Made by a program: the position numbers and the translations under genes. A model generated the notes under the pieces. The model worked only from the letters and a program-made list of their open reading frames with translations, had not been told where the DNA came from and did no database searches. This document shows positions 36,581-45,482 of a stretch of 56,502 bases of DNA, piece after piece (position 1 is the first letter of the stretch; each line of letters starts with the position of its first letter). The stretch is taken from NCBI GenBank assembly GCA_051003235.1, contig JBPCLN010000120.1:1-56502 (forward strand), read 5' to 3'. The stretch is from Chloroflexota bacterium (lineage in GTDB: Bacteria > Chloroflexota > UBA4733).

Positions 36581-37600
36581 TCAGGAGGAGAGGTCTTCCC
36601 GCACGGCCAGGGTGCTGCACTCCACCCTTCGACAGGCGCGGACCAGACCGGCAAAGGAAGGCTGGACCTGAAAACGTCGGGAGGCAAAGAAGAGGACCGC
36701 CCAGCCAAGGATGACGCCCATGAGTAGATTCACCACTCGGAAGAGTAATGTCGCCGCCGCCGCCGGCCCGGCGGCCAGACCCATCTTCGTGAGGACCAGC
36801 GTGCTAATGTCCTCATTCGCCCCGACGCCGCCGGGCAAGGCCGAGATCGTGCCAACCGCACTACCGAGTGCGTAGATTGCCAGGGCATCCGGCCAGGTGA
36901 GTTGCGTCACTCCCACCGCAAAGAGGGCAATGTAGAATCCGGTGCCGGCGGCGCCGATGGCCAGCATGTCGAAAATGGAACCCCACAAGGCCGCCTTGCT
37001 GTTGGCAATCAGCACGAAGTGCCGTTGGACTTCACAAAACGTCGGCACGTGGCCGCGTAAGAACGGTATCCGGGCGGCCAGACCGAGGCCGAAGCGGCTG
37101 AGATCGCCGTGCAGAAAAGCCGCCGCCGTGCCACCGGAAAAGACCAGGGCCAGGAACAACAGCAATCCGCCATAATGGTAGAAAGGCAGACCCGGCAACG
37201 CTGCCGGCAGTACCAGGACGCCAAAGACCAGTTCCTGGACCAGGATAGTGGCGGCCGACCGGCGAATCAGCGTGCCGTGCTGGCTGCGCTGCAAGACCGG
37301 CAAGAGGAATTGCCCTCCAGGAACAAGCATGACGGATTGGGAGGCGGTAAAGAGCAAAATTGAATCAAGCAACGAATTCGGCGCATCAATCGCCGAGAGC
37401 AAGAGGTGCCAGCGGATGGCCCGCATCAGCAAGCCAATGAGGCCGCAGCCCAGAATCGGCAGGATAAGCCAGAGATCGGCATGCCGCAGCGCCAGCGCCA
37501 GACTGGTAGGGTTCACCGCTTGGACGAGGAGGCCGAGCAGCCCCGCCACGGCAAGCCAGGGGAGCCAGGAACCGAAGTGTTTCCAGAGGGTGCGAAGCAT
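36581..37600 (-). CDS. lysylphosphatidylglycerol-synthase-TM-region-like (UPF0104, flippase-like) membrane protein
   Basis: Polytopic ORF. ..LILPILGCGLIGLLMRAIRWHLLL.. matches the UPF0104 N-terminal signature. Start taken at ATG 37600. Confidence 0.7.
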   Translation of the reverse strand: MLRTLWKHFGSWLPWLAVAGLLGLLVQAVNPTSLALALRHADLWLILPILGCGLIGLLMRAIRWHLLLSAIDAPNSLLDSILLFTASQSVMLVPGGQFLLPVLQRSQHGTLIRRSAATILVQELVFGVLVLPAALPGLPFYHYGGLLLFLALVFSGGTAAAFLHGDLSRFGLGLAARIPFLRGHVPTFCEVQRHFVLIANSKAALWGSIFDMLAIGAAGTGFYIALFAVGVTQLTWPDALAIYALGSAVGTISALPGGVGANEDISTLVLTKMGLAAGPAAAATLLFRVVNLLMGVILGWAVLFFASRRFQVQPSFAGLVRACRRVECSTLAVREDLSS

Positions 37601-37764
37601 CGTACAGGTGTGCCCAATCTCTCGCCGGTAACTCAAGTGTACCGTTCAGGTCATGTGCATCACCAGAACGGTTGGGTCATGCACAATGGGGGACGGGAAC
37701 CTCACCCGGCCCTGCCGGAGGGCTCGATGCTGTGTCCGTCGGACACGTCGCGAAAGCTCTGGTA

Positions 37765-37780
37765 GCACAATATCTGGTAC
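37765..37780. promoter_or_regulatory. NrdR box 1 (degenerate)
   Basis: GCACAATATCTGGTAC matches about 11/16 positions of the NrdR-box consensus acaCwAtATaTwGtgt (consensus quoted from memory). Confidence 0.5.
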
Positions 37781-37795
37781 AAAGGAGAGGTATCG

Positions 37796-37811
37796 ACACA
37801 AGATATAGTGT
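37796..37811. promoter_or_regulatory. NrdR box 2 (near-consensus), overlapping a TATAGT -10 candidate
   Basis: ACACAAGATATAGTGT matches 15/16 positions of the consensus. It starts 31 bp after box 1 and lies 55 nt upstream of the reductase ATG. Confidence 0.7.
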
Positions 37812-37865
37812 GATAGGCGGCATTTGAGGCGCTGAGCCTGCACGCAGTGCGAGGGAGCGAGTGGC

Positions 37866-39824
37866 ATGGTCCTGGCAGAGTATCCAACGATGGCGACGGT
37901 CCGGGCACGGGGAGCGGCTGCGAGCGCACCCGCCAAACCATCCCAGTTTCCGAACGAACTGGCCGAGTTCGTGTTTGTGCGCACCTACGCGCGCTGGGAT
38001 GCAGAACAGGGACGACGGGAAAGCTGGGAAGAAGCGGTCGATCGCGTGCTCGCCTTCCTGAGCGAGACGGCCGGGCCGGCGATCAGCGCCGCTGAGTGGG
38101 CGGAGGCCCGTCAGGCGATGCTTGACCACGGCCTGCGTCCGTCGTCCCGTCTGCTCGCCATGGCGGGCAAGGCGGCCCGTCTCAACCCGATCACTGCCTA
38201 CAACTGCAGCTATCTGCCGATTGACTCCATCGAATCCTTCGCCGAAGTGCTCTACATTCTGATGGCGGGTACCGGCGTGGGTTTCAGCGTCGAGCGTCGC
38301 TACGTCCAACAGTTGCCGGTCGTACGTCCGCAAATCGGTAGCGACGACTTGCCCGTCCACGTCATCCCGGATGACACTGAAGGCTGGGCCGATGCCCTCA
38401 AGCTGGGTCTTACGACATGGTACGCCGGCGGTGACGTGCAATTTGACTATCAACTGATCCGGCCGGCAGGTGCGCCGTTGCTCACCAAGGGTGGCCGTGC
38501 CTCCGGGCCGGAGCCGCTGCGCGGCTTGCTCGACTTTAGCCGCGGGCTGCTCCTTGGCGCTCAAGGTCGACGACTGACCAGCCTGGAGTGCCACGATATC
38601 GCCACAAAGATCGGCGACGTAGTGGTCATGGGCGGCGTGCGCCGCAGCGCCGAAATCTCGCTCTCCGATTTCGATGACCTCGTCTTGCGTCATGCCAAAG
38701 ACGGCGAGTACTGGAACACCGCACCGCACCGTGCCATGGCGAACAACAGTGCAGTCTACGAGCAGCGCCCGAGTTGGGAGGAGTTCCAGGAGGAGTGGCA
38801 GGCCCTGGCCGCCTCCGGCACCGGCGAACGCGGCATCTTCAACCGCACGGCGGCCAACGAACTGAGACCCGCTAGACGCAAAGCAGCCGCTTTCGGCACA
38901 AATCCGTGCGGCGAGATCTCTCTACGACCCTATGAATTTTGCAACCTCAGTGAGGTCGTGGCGCGCGTGGACGACACGCCGGTCACCCTTGCCCACAAGG
39001 TGCGGCTGGCCACATTAATCGGCACCGTGCAGAGCATGCTGATCGACTTCCCCTACTTGCGGCCACAGTGGCGGGAGAATTGCGCCGAGGAGCGTCTGCT
39101 CGGCGTCAGCGTCACCGGTCAACTCGATTGCCCGACCTTCTGGCAACACCCCGAACTGATGGCGGAGTTGCGCGATCTGGCAATAGCGGCCAACGCCGAC
39201 TATGCGCAGCGGCTGGGTATCAACGCCTCGGCGTCCATTACCTGCGTCAAGCCCTCCGGCAATGCCAGCCAGATGGCCGACTGCGCCTCGGGCATGCACC
39301 CCCGCTACGCCGATTACTACGTCCGGCGCGTGCGCGTCTCCGCCACCGACCCGCTCTATCGACTCATGCGCGATGCCGGAGCGCCGCTGTATCCAGAGGC
39401 CGGCCAGACTGCCGAAACGGCGACGACCTGGGTGGTGGAATTCCCCGTCAAGGCGCCCGATGGCGCAATAACGCGCCACGCAATGACCGCCCTGGAGCAG
39501 TTGGAGTACTGGCTGGCCGTCAAGGAGAACTTCACCGAGCACAACCCATCCCAGACGATCTACGTAGGTACGGACGAGTGGGATAGCGTCGGCCATTGGG
39601 TCTACGACCAGTGGGACCGCATCGGCGGCCTGTCCTTCTTGCCCCGCTCCGAGCACGTGTACCAGTTAGCGCCGTACGAAGACATCACAGCCCAGGAGTA
39701 CGAGAAGCGGCTGGCTGCCTTCCCGACGATCGACTACAGCCTGCTCTCGCTCTACGAACTGGAAGACCGCACGGAGGGTACACGCGAGTTTGCCTGCACC
39801 GGGGATCGCTGCGAACTAAACTAA
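37866..39824 (+). CDS. nrdJ: adenosylcobalamin-dependent ribonucleoside-triphosphate reductase (class II, monomeric RTPR type)
   Basis: 652-aa ORF. Blocks ..FVRTYARW.., ..GVGFSVERR.., ..GGRASGPEPL.., ..GGVRRSAEISL.., ..TNPCGEISL...FCNLSEV.., ..VKPSGNAS.. and a C-terminal Cys pair (..FACTGDRCELN) line up with my recollection of the Lactobacillus leichmannii RTPR sequence. Confidence 0.85.
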   Translation: MVLAEYPTMATVRARGAAASAPAKPSQFPNELAEFVFVRTYARWDAEQGRRESWEEAVDRVLAFLSETAGPAISAAEWAEARQAMLDHGLRPSSRLLAMAGKAARLNPITAYNCSYLPIDSIESFAEVLYILMAGTGVGFSVERRYVQQLPVVRPQIGSDDLPVHVIPDDTEGWADALKLGLTTWYAGGDVQFDYQLIRPAGAPLLTKGGRASGPEPLRGLLDFSRGLLLGAQGRRLTSLECHDIATKIGDVVVMGGVRRSAEISLSDFDDLVLRHAKDGEYWNTAPHRAMANNSAVYEQRPSWEEFQEEWQALAASGTGERGIFNRTAANELRPARRKAAAFGTNPCGEISLRPYEFCNLSEVVARVDDTPVTLAHKVRLATLIGTVQSMLIDFPYLRPQWRENCAEERLLGVSVTGQLDCPTFWQHPELMAELRDLAIAANADYAQRLGINASASITCVKPSGNASQMADCASGMHPRYADYYVRRVRVSATDPLYRLMRDAGAPLYPEAGQTAETATTWVVEFPVKAPDGAITRHAMTALEQLEYWLAVKENFTEHNPSQTIYVGTDEWDSVGHWVYDQWDRIGGLSFLPRSEHVYQLAPYEDITAQEYEKRLAAFPTIDYSLLSLYELEDRTEGTREFACTGDRCELN

Positions 39825-39850
39825 TGGGCTGGTGGACCGCCTGATTAGTC

Positions 39851-42800
39851 ATGTTTGAAGACACCCACTTTGCCTCGCCGCCGCGCGAGTTCCGCCCGGT
39901 GCCGATCTGGTTCTGGAACGGTGATCTAGATGAAGAGGAGATACGGCGCCAGGTGCGCGCCTTCGCTGACGGCGGGCTGGGCGGCTTCCAGATTGCCGCC
40001 CGGACGGGCCTGAGCACGCCATACCTCTCGCAACGCTGGTTCGCCCTGGTGGAGCTGGCCAGTCGGGAAGCGGCGGTCCACGGCCTGCAGGTCTGGCTGG
40101 CTGATGAGTATCCCTATCCCAGCGGCGCCGCCGGCGGGGAATTGACGCTGCGCCACCCACAGTACCGCGCCTGGCACATGCGATCCCGCTCGGCCCGTGT
40201 TCTGGCCGGAGTCCGCCTGGAGCTGGAGGCGCCCGGTACGGTCCTCCTCCACGCCACCGCCTTGCCCATCATTGATGGGGTCGTCACCTGGACACAGGCA
40301 CGCGATCTGGCCGGCGCGGTCGGTATCACCCAGCCGGAAATCGTCTTCGCTGAGCCGGCCTTCGGCCTCAGCAAGAAGCGCAGCTTCTCCTACGGCCCGC
40401 GCCCAAAGCTGGACTGGACCGCACCCGAGGAGCCGGGGGTGAAGGAATGGGAGGTCTGGCTGGTCGCCGCGGCCGAGATTGCCCCCTATAAGTTCTTCGG
40501 GCACTACGTCGACCTCTGTAATCCCGACGCGGTGCAAGCCTTCCTGGACATGACCTATCAACGCTACGCCGACCGGCTCAGCCCAGCAGTCTGGCAGCAA
40601 CTGAGCGGCTTTTTCCTGGACGAGTCGCACCCACCGTCCTGGTCCTGGTCGTTACCAGCCGCCTTCACACGGCGAACGGGGTACGATCTGGTCGGCAATC
40701 TCCCGGCGCTCTGGACGAATGTCGGCCCCCAGACGGCGACGATTCGCCACGACTACTGGCAAACGCTCACTGAGTTGTTTATGGAGAGTTTTCACCGCCC
40801 GATTGCCACTTGGTGCCGGGACCACAACGTCCAGTTGAGCCTGGAAGTGGATTCGACGCGTAACTCGGTCCAACGCTACGCCAACATCGCCGGTAACGAC
40901 CCCGGCCACGAGAAGGTGGGCGGCACACTCGATGCACTGCACGCCGCGACCCACCCCCGCTTCCGCGCCCATCCCCGCTTTCCCGCTTCGCTCGCCGCCC
41001 AGATTGGCCTGAACCGGGTACTCGTGGAGAGCTACCACAGCATCGGCTGGTCGCTCACCTTGCAGGATATGAAGGCGCTGGCCGACCGGCTGGCCGCCCA
41101 GGGCGCAAATTTATTCGTCTTCCACGCCTTCTTCTACTCGATAGGCGGTCTGCGCAAGTGGGACGCCCCACCGTCGCAGTTTCTCCAGAATCCGTACTGG
41201 CCGCAGTTTTCCCGTCTCACTAATTATCTCGGCCGGCTCTGTTATACGCTGAGCCGCGGTCGGCGGGTGGCCTCCGTCGCTCTCGTCGACCCCATTACTT
41301 CACTCTGGACGCACGGCAGCGGCGCCGGCGCGCGGATCGGCGCTGGTCCGGATGCGGCGGCGGAGCGGATCGCCGGCGACTGGCACTACATCCAGCGCGA
41401 ACTGGAGGCGGCCCAACGCCCCTTTGACAGCCTTGATCCTCTGCTGCTCAGCGAAGGCCGTGCCGAGAACGGCGCCCTTCGCCTGGGCGAGGCCACCTAC
41501 CGGGTGATCGTCCTACCACCGATGGCCTCGCTGGAAGCGGCAGCCTGGACCAAGCTGGAGGAGTTCGTCACCGCCGGCGGAACGGTAATCGCCAGCGGTC
41601 TCCTGCCCTACGAAGTGATCGAAAGAGGCAGCACCGTCGTGCCGCGATGCGCCGCGGCGTTTGGCCTGGATAGTCTGGCCGTTCGGCGGGCCTATGAAGG
41701 CGCCTCGAAAGGGGCGCTGGAGGATGGTGATTGCACGCCCCACCGCCAGGGTCGCTTTGTGTTTCTCCAGACTGCCGGTACGATGCAAGAAGCAAGCGCG
41801 GCGACCGCCTTGCTTTCCCTCCTGGACGAAACGACACCCGTCGACCTGCTGATCGAACCCGACTCCGGTGAAGCTGGTCGCCGCTCGTTCCTGGTAGCCC
41901 AACGTCAGGACGGCCCGGAGACGCTCTACTTTGTTGCCAACGCTGGGAATGCGGAACAAAACTGCACGGTGGCCATCCGCTTGCCCCCGGAAGCCGATTC
42001 CGGCTCTGGGATCGTGATTGAACAGTTAAATCTGGAAGATGGCCGGCAAACGGTGCTCGCCCGCCTCGCCGCCGACCGCAACCGGCGCGAGAGTCTCCAC
42101 CGGTTACAGTTGTATTTTCCACGCTATGGTGCGCATCTGCTGCTCGTTCGTCCAGTCACGGTGCGGCTAACTGCGCCTTCTCCGCTGCCCAGTGTGAATC
42201 GGCCAGCCTATCCAGAGTTCCTGGTCAGTCTGGACGGGGCCTGGCGCTGCACGCTCCAGCATGACAACGCGTTGCGCTTCGATCGCTTCCGCTTCGGCAT
42301 CATAGACGAACCGATTCCGACCGGTGGTCACCTACCGGGCGATACCGCCGACTGGCCCTGGGTCGAGCCGAAACCGCTGATCAATGTACTGCGGGATCTG
42401 GAGCAGTCCGGCCAGTCCTGGCCGGTGCCGGTGCAGGTGCACGTCGGCTTTGGCTCGCCGGCCCGACTGCACTTGGCGTTGCCGACTACGGCCTGGTATG
42501 TCGTCGCCTTTGATATCGCCACAATGCCCACACGGGCCGCCCTCTGCCTGGAAGCGCCGGCCATGCAAGGTGAGTGGTCGCTGTGGCTCAATGGACGGCG
42601 AATCCCCGTCGAGTCTTTTGAGCCACGGTTCCGCTGGGACGTCACCAACCGAGAGGTGGACGTGCGGTCCCTCCTGCAACCAGGCCGGAATGTGCTATCG
42701 GTGCGTGTGACGGTCCGTGAGCAGACCGACGGCCTGGTCGACGCTCTCTACCTGTTGGGGGACTTCGGCGTCCGTGTCACGCCTGGTCAAGCTCCCATTC

Positions 42801-43162
42801 TCACCGCCCTGCCAACGGCAGTGCGCTGGGAGCATTTTGCGGCGGACGGCTTGCCCTACTACGCCGGAGTACTCCAATTGGCGAACAACATACCGTTACC
42901 GGCAATCGAAGAGGCCATCGTAGCGTTTCGCCTTCCCGATGACGTGCTCATGTATGCCGGTCTGACGGAACTCTCGGCCAACGGCCACCCGCTTGGTCTC
43001 CGGCCCTGGGCCCCCTATCGCTGGGAGACAGCGAGTTCACACCTTCGCGTGGGACAGAATGACCTCACGGTGACGCTGACAACCACCCTGGCGGGCCTGC
43101 TCGAAGGTAAACGTTACGATCCACGGCAACGGGATAGTGTGCGCGTGGAGGACGACTTGTAG
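39851..43162 (+). CDS. large glycoside-hydrolase-like protein (TIM-barrel-like N-terminus plus jelly-roll/sugar-binding-like C-terminal domains), specificity unknown
   Basis: 1103-aa ORF. The N-terminus ..FRPVPIWFWNGDLDEEEIRRQVRAFADGGLGGFQIAARTGL...VWLADEYPYPSG.. resembles proteins usually annotated 'glycosyl hydrolase / glycosylhydrolase-like jelly roll fold'. No signal peptide. Confidence 0.55.
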   Translation: MFEDTHFASPPREFRPVPIWFWNGDLDEEEIRRQVRAFADGGLGGFQIAARTGLSTPYLSQRWFALVELASREAAVHGLQVWLADEYPYPSGAAGGELTLRHPQYRAWHMRSRSARVLAGVRLELEAPGTVLLHATALPIIDGVVTWTQARDLAGAVGITQPEIVFAEPAFGLSKKRSFSYGPRPKLDWTAPEEPGVKEWEVWLVAAAEIAPYKFFGHYVDLCNPDAVQAFLDMTYQRYADRLSPAVWQQLSGFFLDESHPPSWSWSLPAAFTRRTGYDLVGNLPALWTNVGPQTATIRHDYWQTLTELFMESFHRPIATWCRDHNVQLSLEVDSTRNSVQRYANIAGNDPGHEKVGGTLDALHAATHPRFRAHPRFPASLAAQIGLNRVLVESYHSIGWSLTLQDMKALADRLAAQGANLFVFHAFFYSIGGLRKWDAPPSQFLQNPYWPQFSRLTNYLGRLCYTLSRGRRVASVALVDPITSLWTHGSGAGARIGAGPDAAAERIAGDWHYIQRELEAAQRPFDSLDPLLLSEGRAENGALRLGEATYRVIVLPPMASLEAAAWTKLEEFVTAGGTVIASGLLPYEVIERGSTVVPRCAAAFGLDSLAVRRAYEGASKGALEDGDCTPHRQGRFVFLQTAGTMQEASAATALLSLLDETTPVDLLIEPDSGEAGRRSFLVAQRQDGPETLYFVANAGNAEQNCTVAIRLPPEADSGSGIVIEQLNLEDGRQTVLARLAADRNRRESLHRLQLYFPRYGAHLLLVRPVTVRLTAPSPLPSVNRPAYPEFLVSLDGAWRCTLQHDNALRFDRFRFGIIDEPIPTGGHLPGDTADWPWVEPKPLINVLRDLEQSGQSWPVPVQVHVGFGSPARLHLALPTTAWYVVAFDIATMPTRAALCLEAPAMQGEWSLWLNGRRIPVESFEPRFRWDVTNREVDVRSLLQPGRNVLSVRVTVREQTDGLVDALYLLGDFGVRVTPGQAPILTALPTAVRWEHFAADGLPYYAGVLQLANNIPLPAIEEAIVAFRLPDDVLMYAGLTELSANGHPLGLRPWAPYRWETASSHLRVGQNDLTVTLTTTLAGLLEGKRYDPRQRDSVRVEDDL

Positions 43163-43191
43163 GTCACCGAGCCGGCAGGAGAACGGGTGAC

Positions 43192-43230
43192 GCGACCGCC
43201 GACCCATCTTTCGAGTGGGCTGGCGGTCGC
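43192..43230. terminator. Hairpin between convergent genes (possible bidirectional terminator)
   Basis: GCGACCGCC (43192-43200) pairs with GGCGGTCGC (43222-43230), with an inner CCCA/TGGG pairing. Followed by a weak U-tract (cttatct) on the + strand. Confidence 0.5.
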
Positions 43231-43238
43231 CTTATCTC

Positions 43239-43535
43239 CTAGACTGCCGCGCGGCGGGTGCCGCCTGAAACGAGGCGCACGACCAGCAAGAGCACCACCG
43301 CGCCGATGAAGGACACGATCAGGCTCCATACAAAGCCGCCGTTGTTCGCGCCATGGCCAGTGCCTAGGACCGCGCTCATGATCCAACCACCAATGATGGC
43401 GCCAATCAGGCCGATGACCATGTCACCGAGCACCCCAAAGCCGGAGCCGCCGACCACGAGTCCGGCGAGCCAGCCCGCGATGATACCGATGATGATCCAG
43501 CCAATAATCGCTCCGACGACCATGCCTACCACCAA
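43239..43535 (-). CDS. GlsB/YeaQ/YmgE-family stress-response membrane protein
   Basis: 98-aa Gly/Ile-rich ORF with three TM segments (..IIGIIAGWLAG..GDMVIGLIGAIIGGW..), typical of the family. Confidence 0.85.
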   Translation of the reverse strand: MVVGMVVGAIIGWIIIGIIAGWLAGLVVGGSGFGVLGDMVIGLIGAIIGGWIMSAVLGTGHGANNGGFVWSLIVSFIGAVVLLLVVRLVSGGTRRAAV

Positions 43536-43579
43536 CCTTTCTTACCAGCAGAACCGGTCCATCCGGCTCGTGCTCTGGA

Positions 43580-43603
43580 GGGCGTCCCCGACGGGAGACG
43601 CCC
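43580..43603 (-). terminator. GC-rich hairpin between the hypothetical gene and the yeaQ-like gene
   Basis: GGGCGTC (43580-43586) pairs with GACGCCC (43597-43603), with an inner CCC/GGG extension. No U-tract. Confidence 0.3.
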
Positions 43604-43644
43604 CGTTGGCAGCGCAGATACGCAAACCGCGTGCCAGTTTGCCG

Positions 43645-44187
43645 TTAATTATCGCCCCAGCCGGCCATCGCCTGGATCAGCACCGGCTCGGGATTGACAT
43701 TACCGTCACTTTCCACCGTCATCAAAAAGCTCAACGGTGGGCGATTAAAGGAGGCGTCCGCCACCGTCACGCCATTATGCTGCTCGAGTAGCGACGCATA
43801 GACCTGGCCGCCCCCGCCGTGCCGGGTCACACTGCCGACCGACTGCGGTAGGCCGATCAGGTTCATGAATCGCCCCCCCTCCAACGGCACCGCTTGCACC
43901 GTGAGCGTCAGTTGCTGCCCTTGCACCAGCATGTGATATTCATCGAACAGGACAGGTTCGCCGCAGTCGGGCATCGGAACGGGCTGGACGCGCCAAACGC
44001 GCGGCAAACGGACGGTATAGGGGATGCAGGCCGACCTGAAGGTGCTACCCCCTGGCGCCAGGCGGTGTACCGTGACGATCGAGACCGCAAGGAGCATGGC
44101 CAGGAGGCCCAGCAGCGCACCGCGTCCGCTCCGGGCGGCCCGCCCCGCGCGCCAGGAGAGGATGCGAACCTGGAGTTGGCGCTCCAT
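43645..44187 (-). CDS. hypothetical single-pass membrane-anchored protein
   Basis: 180-aa ORF. Arg-rich N-terminus, one TM segment (..ALLGLLAMLLAVSIVTV..), and an unrecognised C-terminal domain. Starts 29 nt downstream of serS on the same strand. Confidence 0.5.
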   Translation of the reverse strand: MERQLQVRILSWRAGRAARSGRGALLGLLAMLLAVSIVTVHRLAPGGSTFRSACIPYTVRLPRVWRVQPVPMPDCGEPVLFDEYHMLVQGQQLTLTVQAVPLEGGRFMNLIGLPQSVGSVTRHGGGGQVYASLLEQHNGVTVADASFNRPPLSFLMTVESDGNVNPEPVLIQAMAGWGDN

Positions 44188-44216
44188 TCCTTCTCCTTGC
44201 GCTCAGCCTATGTCCA

Positions 44217-45482
44217 CTATGCCTGCCGGATGACGTCCGTCCCCATATACTGACGCAACACCGGCGGCACCACCACGCTACCATCTTCTTGCTGGTAGTT
44301 CTCCAAGATGGCAGCGAACGCCCGATCAATGGGCAGCCCGGAGCCATTCAAGGTGTGGACAAACTCCGGTCGCTCACCCGCCGCTCTCCGAAACCGAATA
44401 TTCGCCCGCCGCGCCTGAAACGCCTCACAGTTGCTGATCGACGAGATCTCCCGGAACTCCGCCAGGCCGGGCAACCAGACTTCCAGGTCAATCTGGGCGG
44501 CGGCCGTAAAACCGAGATCGGCGGTGCAAATGCGAATGCCCCGATATGGCAGTCCCAACGCTTGTAACAGGTCTTCAGCATCGGCAACCAGGCGATCGTA
44601 CTGCTGATAGGACTCTTCCGGCCGGCAAAAGGTGTACAGCTCCACTTTATGAAACTGATGAAGGCGGATCGTGCCGCGCGTATCGCGACCGGCCGACCCG
44701 GCCTCGCGCCGCCAGGATGGGCAGTAGGCGGTGTAGCGCAACGGCAACTGCTCCGCGGCGAGGATATCGTCGCGGTGGAGGTCGGTCAACGCCACTTCCG
44801 CCGTCGGGTTCAGCCAGAGGTCGTCTTCGCGCAGGAAGTAGGCATCGTCCGCGAACTTCGGCAGCTTGGCGGAGCCGAGCATCGCAGCGCTGCGCACCAG
44901 GTAAGGCAACGCCACCTCGGTGTAGCCATGCTGGGCGACGTGGGTATCGAGGAAGAAGGCCATCAAGGCGCGCTGGAGGCGGGCGCCCAGTCCCCGAGTG
45001 ACATAAAAGCGAGCTCCCGCCAGCTTGACCCCGGCCTCCGGGTCATAGATGCCGAGCTGCTCGCCAACCTCCCAATGCGGGCGCGGGGCGAACGCAAAAT
45101 GCGGGTGCTCGCCCCAACGCAGGTACTCCACGTTGTCCTGGTCGGTTGCTCCCACCGGCACGTCGGCGTGTGGCAGGTTGGGCAAGCTAAGGGCTAAATC
45201 GTTCAGCGCCCGATCAATCGTCTCCTGCTCACCGTCCAAGGCCTTAATCCGGTCAGATAGGGCGCGCAGTTCCAGGCGTTGCTCCGCATTGGGCCGCCCG
45301 GCACGCTTGATCGCTTCATTGGCGGCGTTGCGCCGTTCCCGCAGGGCCTGCGCCTCGCCCAGCACGGCCCGCCGCTGCGCGTCCAGGAGCACGAGTTTGT
45401 CCAACGATTCCGAGGCGTGCCGCAAACTGAGGCGCTGGCGCACCTCCTCGACGTGCTCGCGGATATAGGCGACCGGCAACAC
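44217..45482 (-). CDS. serS: serine--tRNA ligase
   Basis: 421-aa ORF with an N-terminal coiled-coil arm and class II motifs (..FRREAGSAGRDTRG.., ..GSGLPIDR..). The GTG start overlaps the lysS TAG by 1 nt. Confidence 0.95.
   Translation of the reverse strand: MLPVAYIREHVEEVRQRLSLRHASESLDKLVLLDAQRRAVLGEAQALRERRNAANEAIKRAGRPNAEQRLELRALSDRIKALDGEQETIDRALNDLALSLPNLPHADVPVGATDQDNVEYLRWGEHPHFAFAPRPHWEVGEQLGIYDPEAGVKLAGARFYVTRGLGARLQRALMAFFLDTHVAQHGYTEVALPYLVRSAAMLGSAKLPKFADDAYFLREDDLWLNPTAEVALTDLHRDDILAAEQLPLRYTAYCPSWRREAGSAGRDTRGTIRLHQFHKVELYTFCRPEESYQQYDRLVADAEDLLQALGLPYRGIRICTADLGFTAAAQIDLEVWLPGLAEFREISSISNCEAFQARRANIRFRRAAGERPEFVHTLNGSGLPIDRAFAAILENYQQEDGSVVVPPVLRQYMGTDVIRQA

Noticed and set aside
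36357-36708. Short ORFs (83-104 aa) spanning the convergent intergenic hairpins
   Set aside because: They are built from the hairpin arms (encoding PRRGGG/EERS-type repeats) and overlap the ends of real genes. There is no SD or protein-like composition.
37601-37865. Cobalamin riboswitch upstream of the B12-dependent reductase
   Set aside because: No B12-box-like element or extended conserved structure was seen. B12 riboswitches normally control B12-independent isozymes, and the region is explained better by tandem NrdR boxes.
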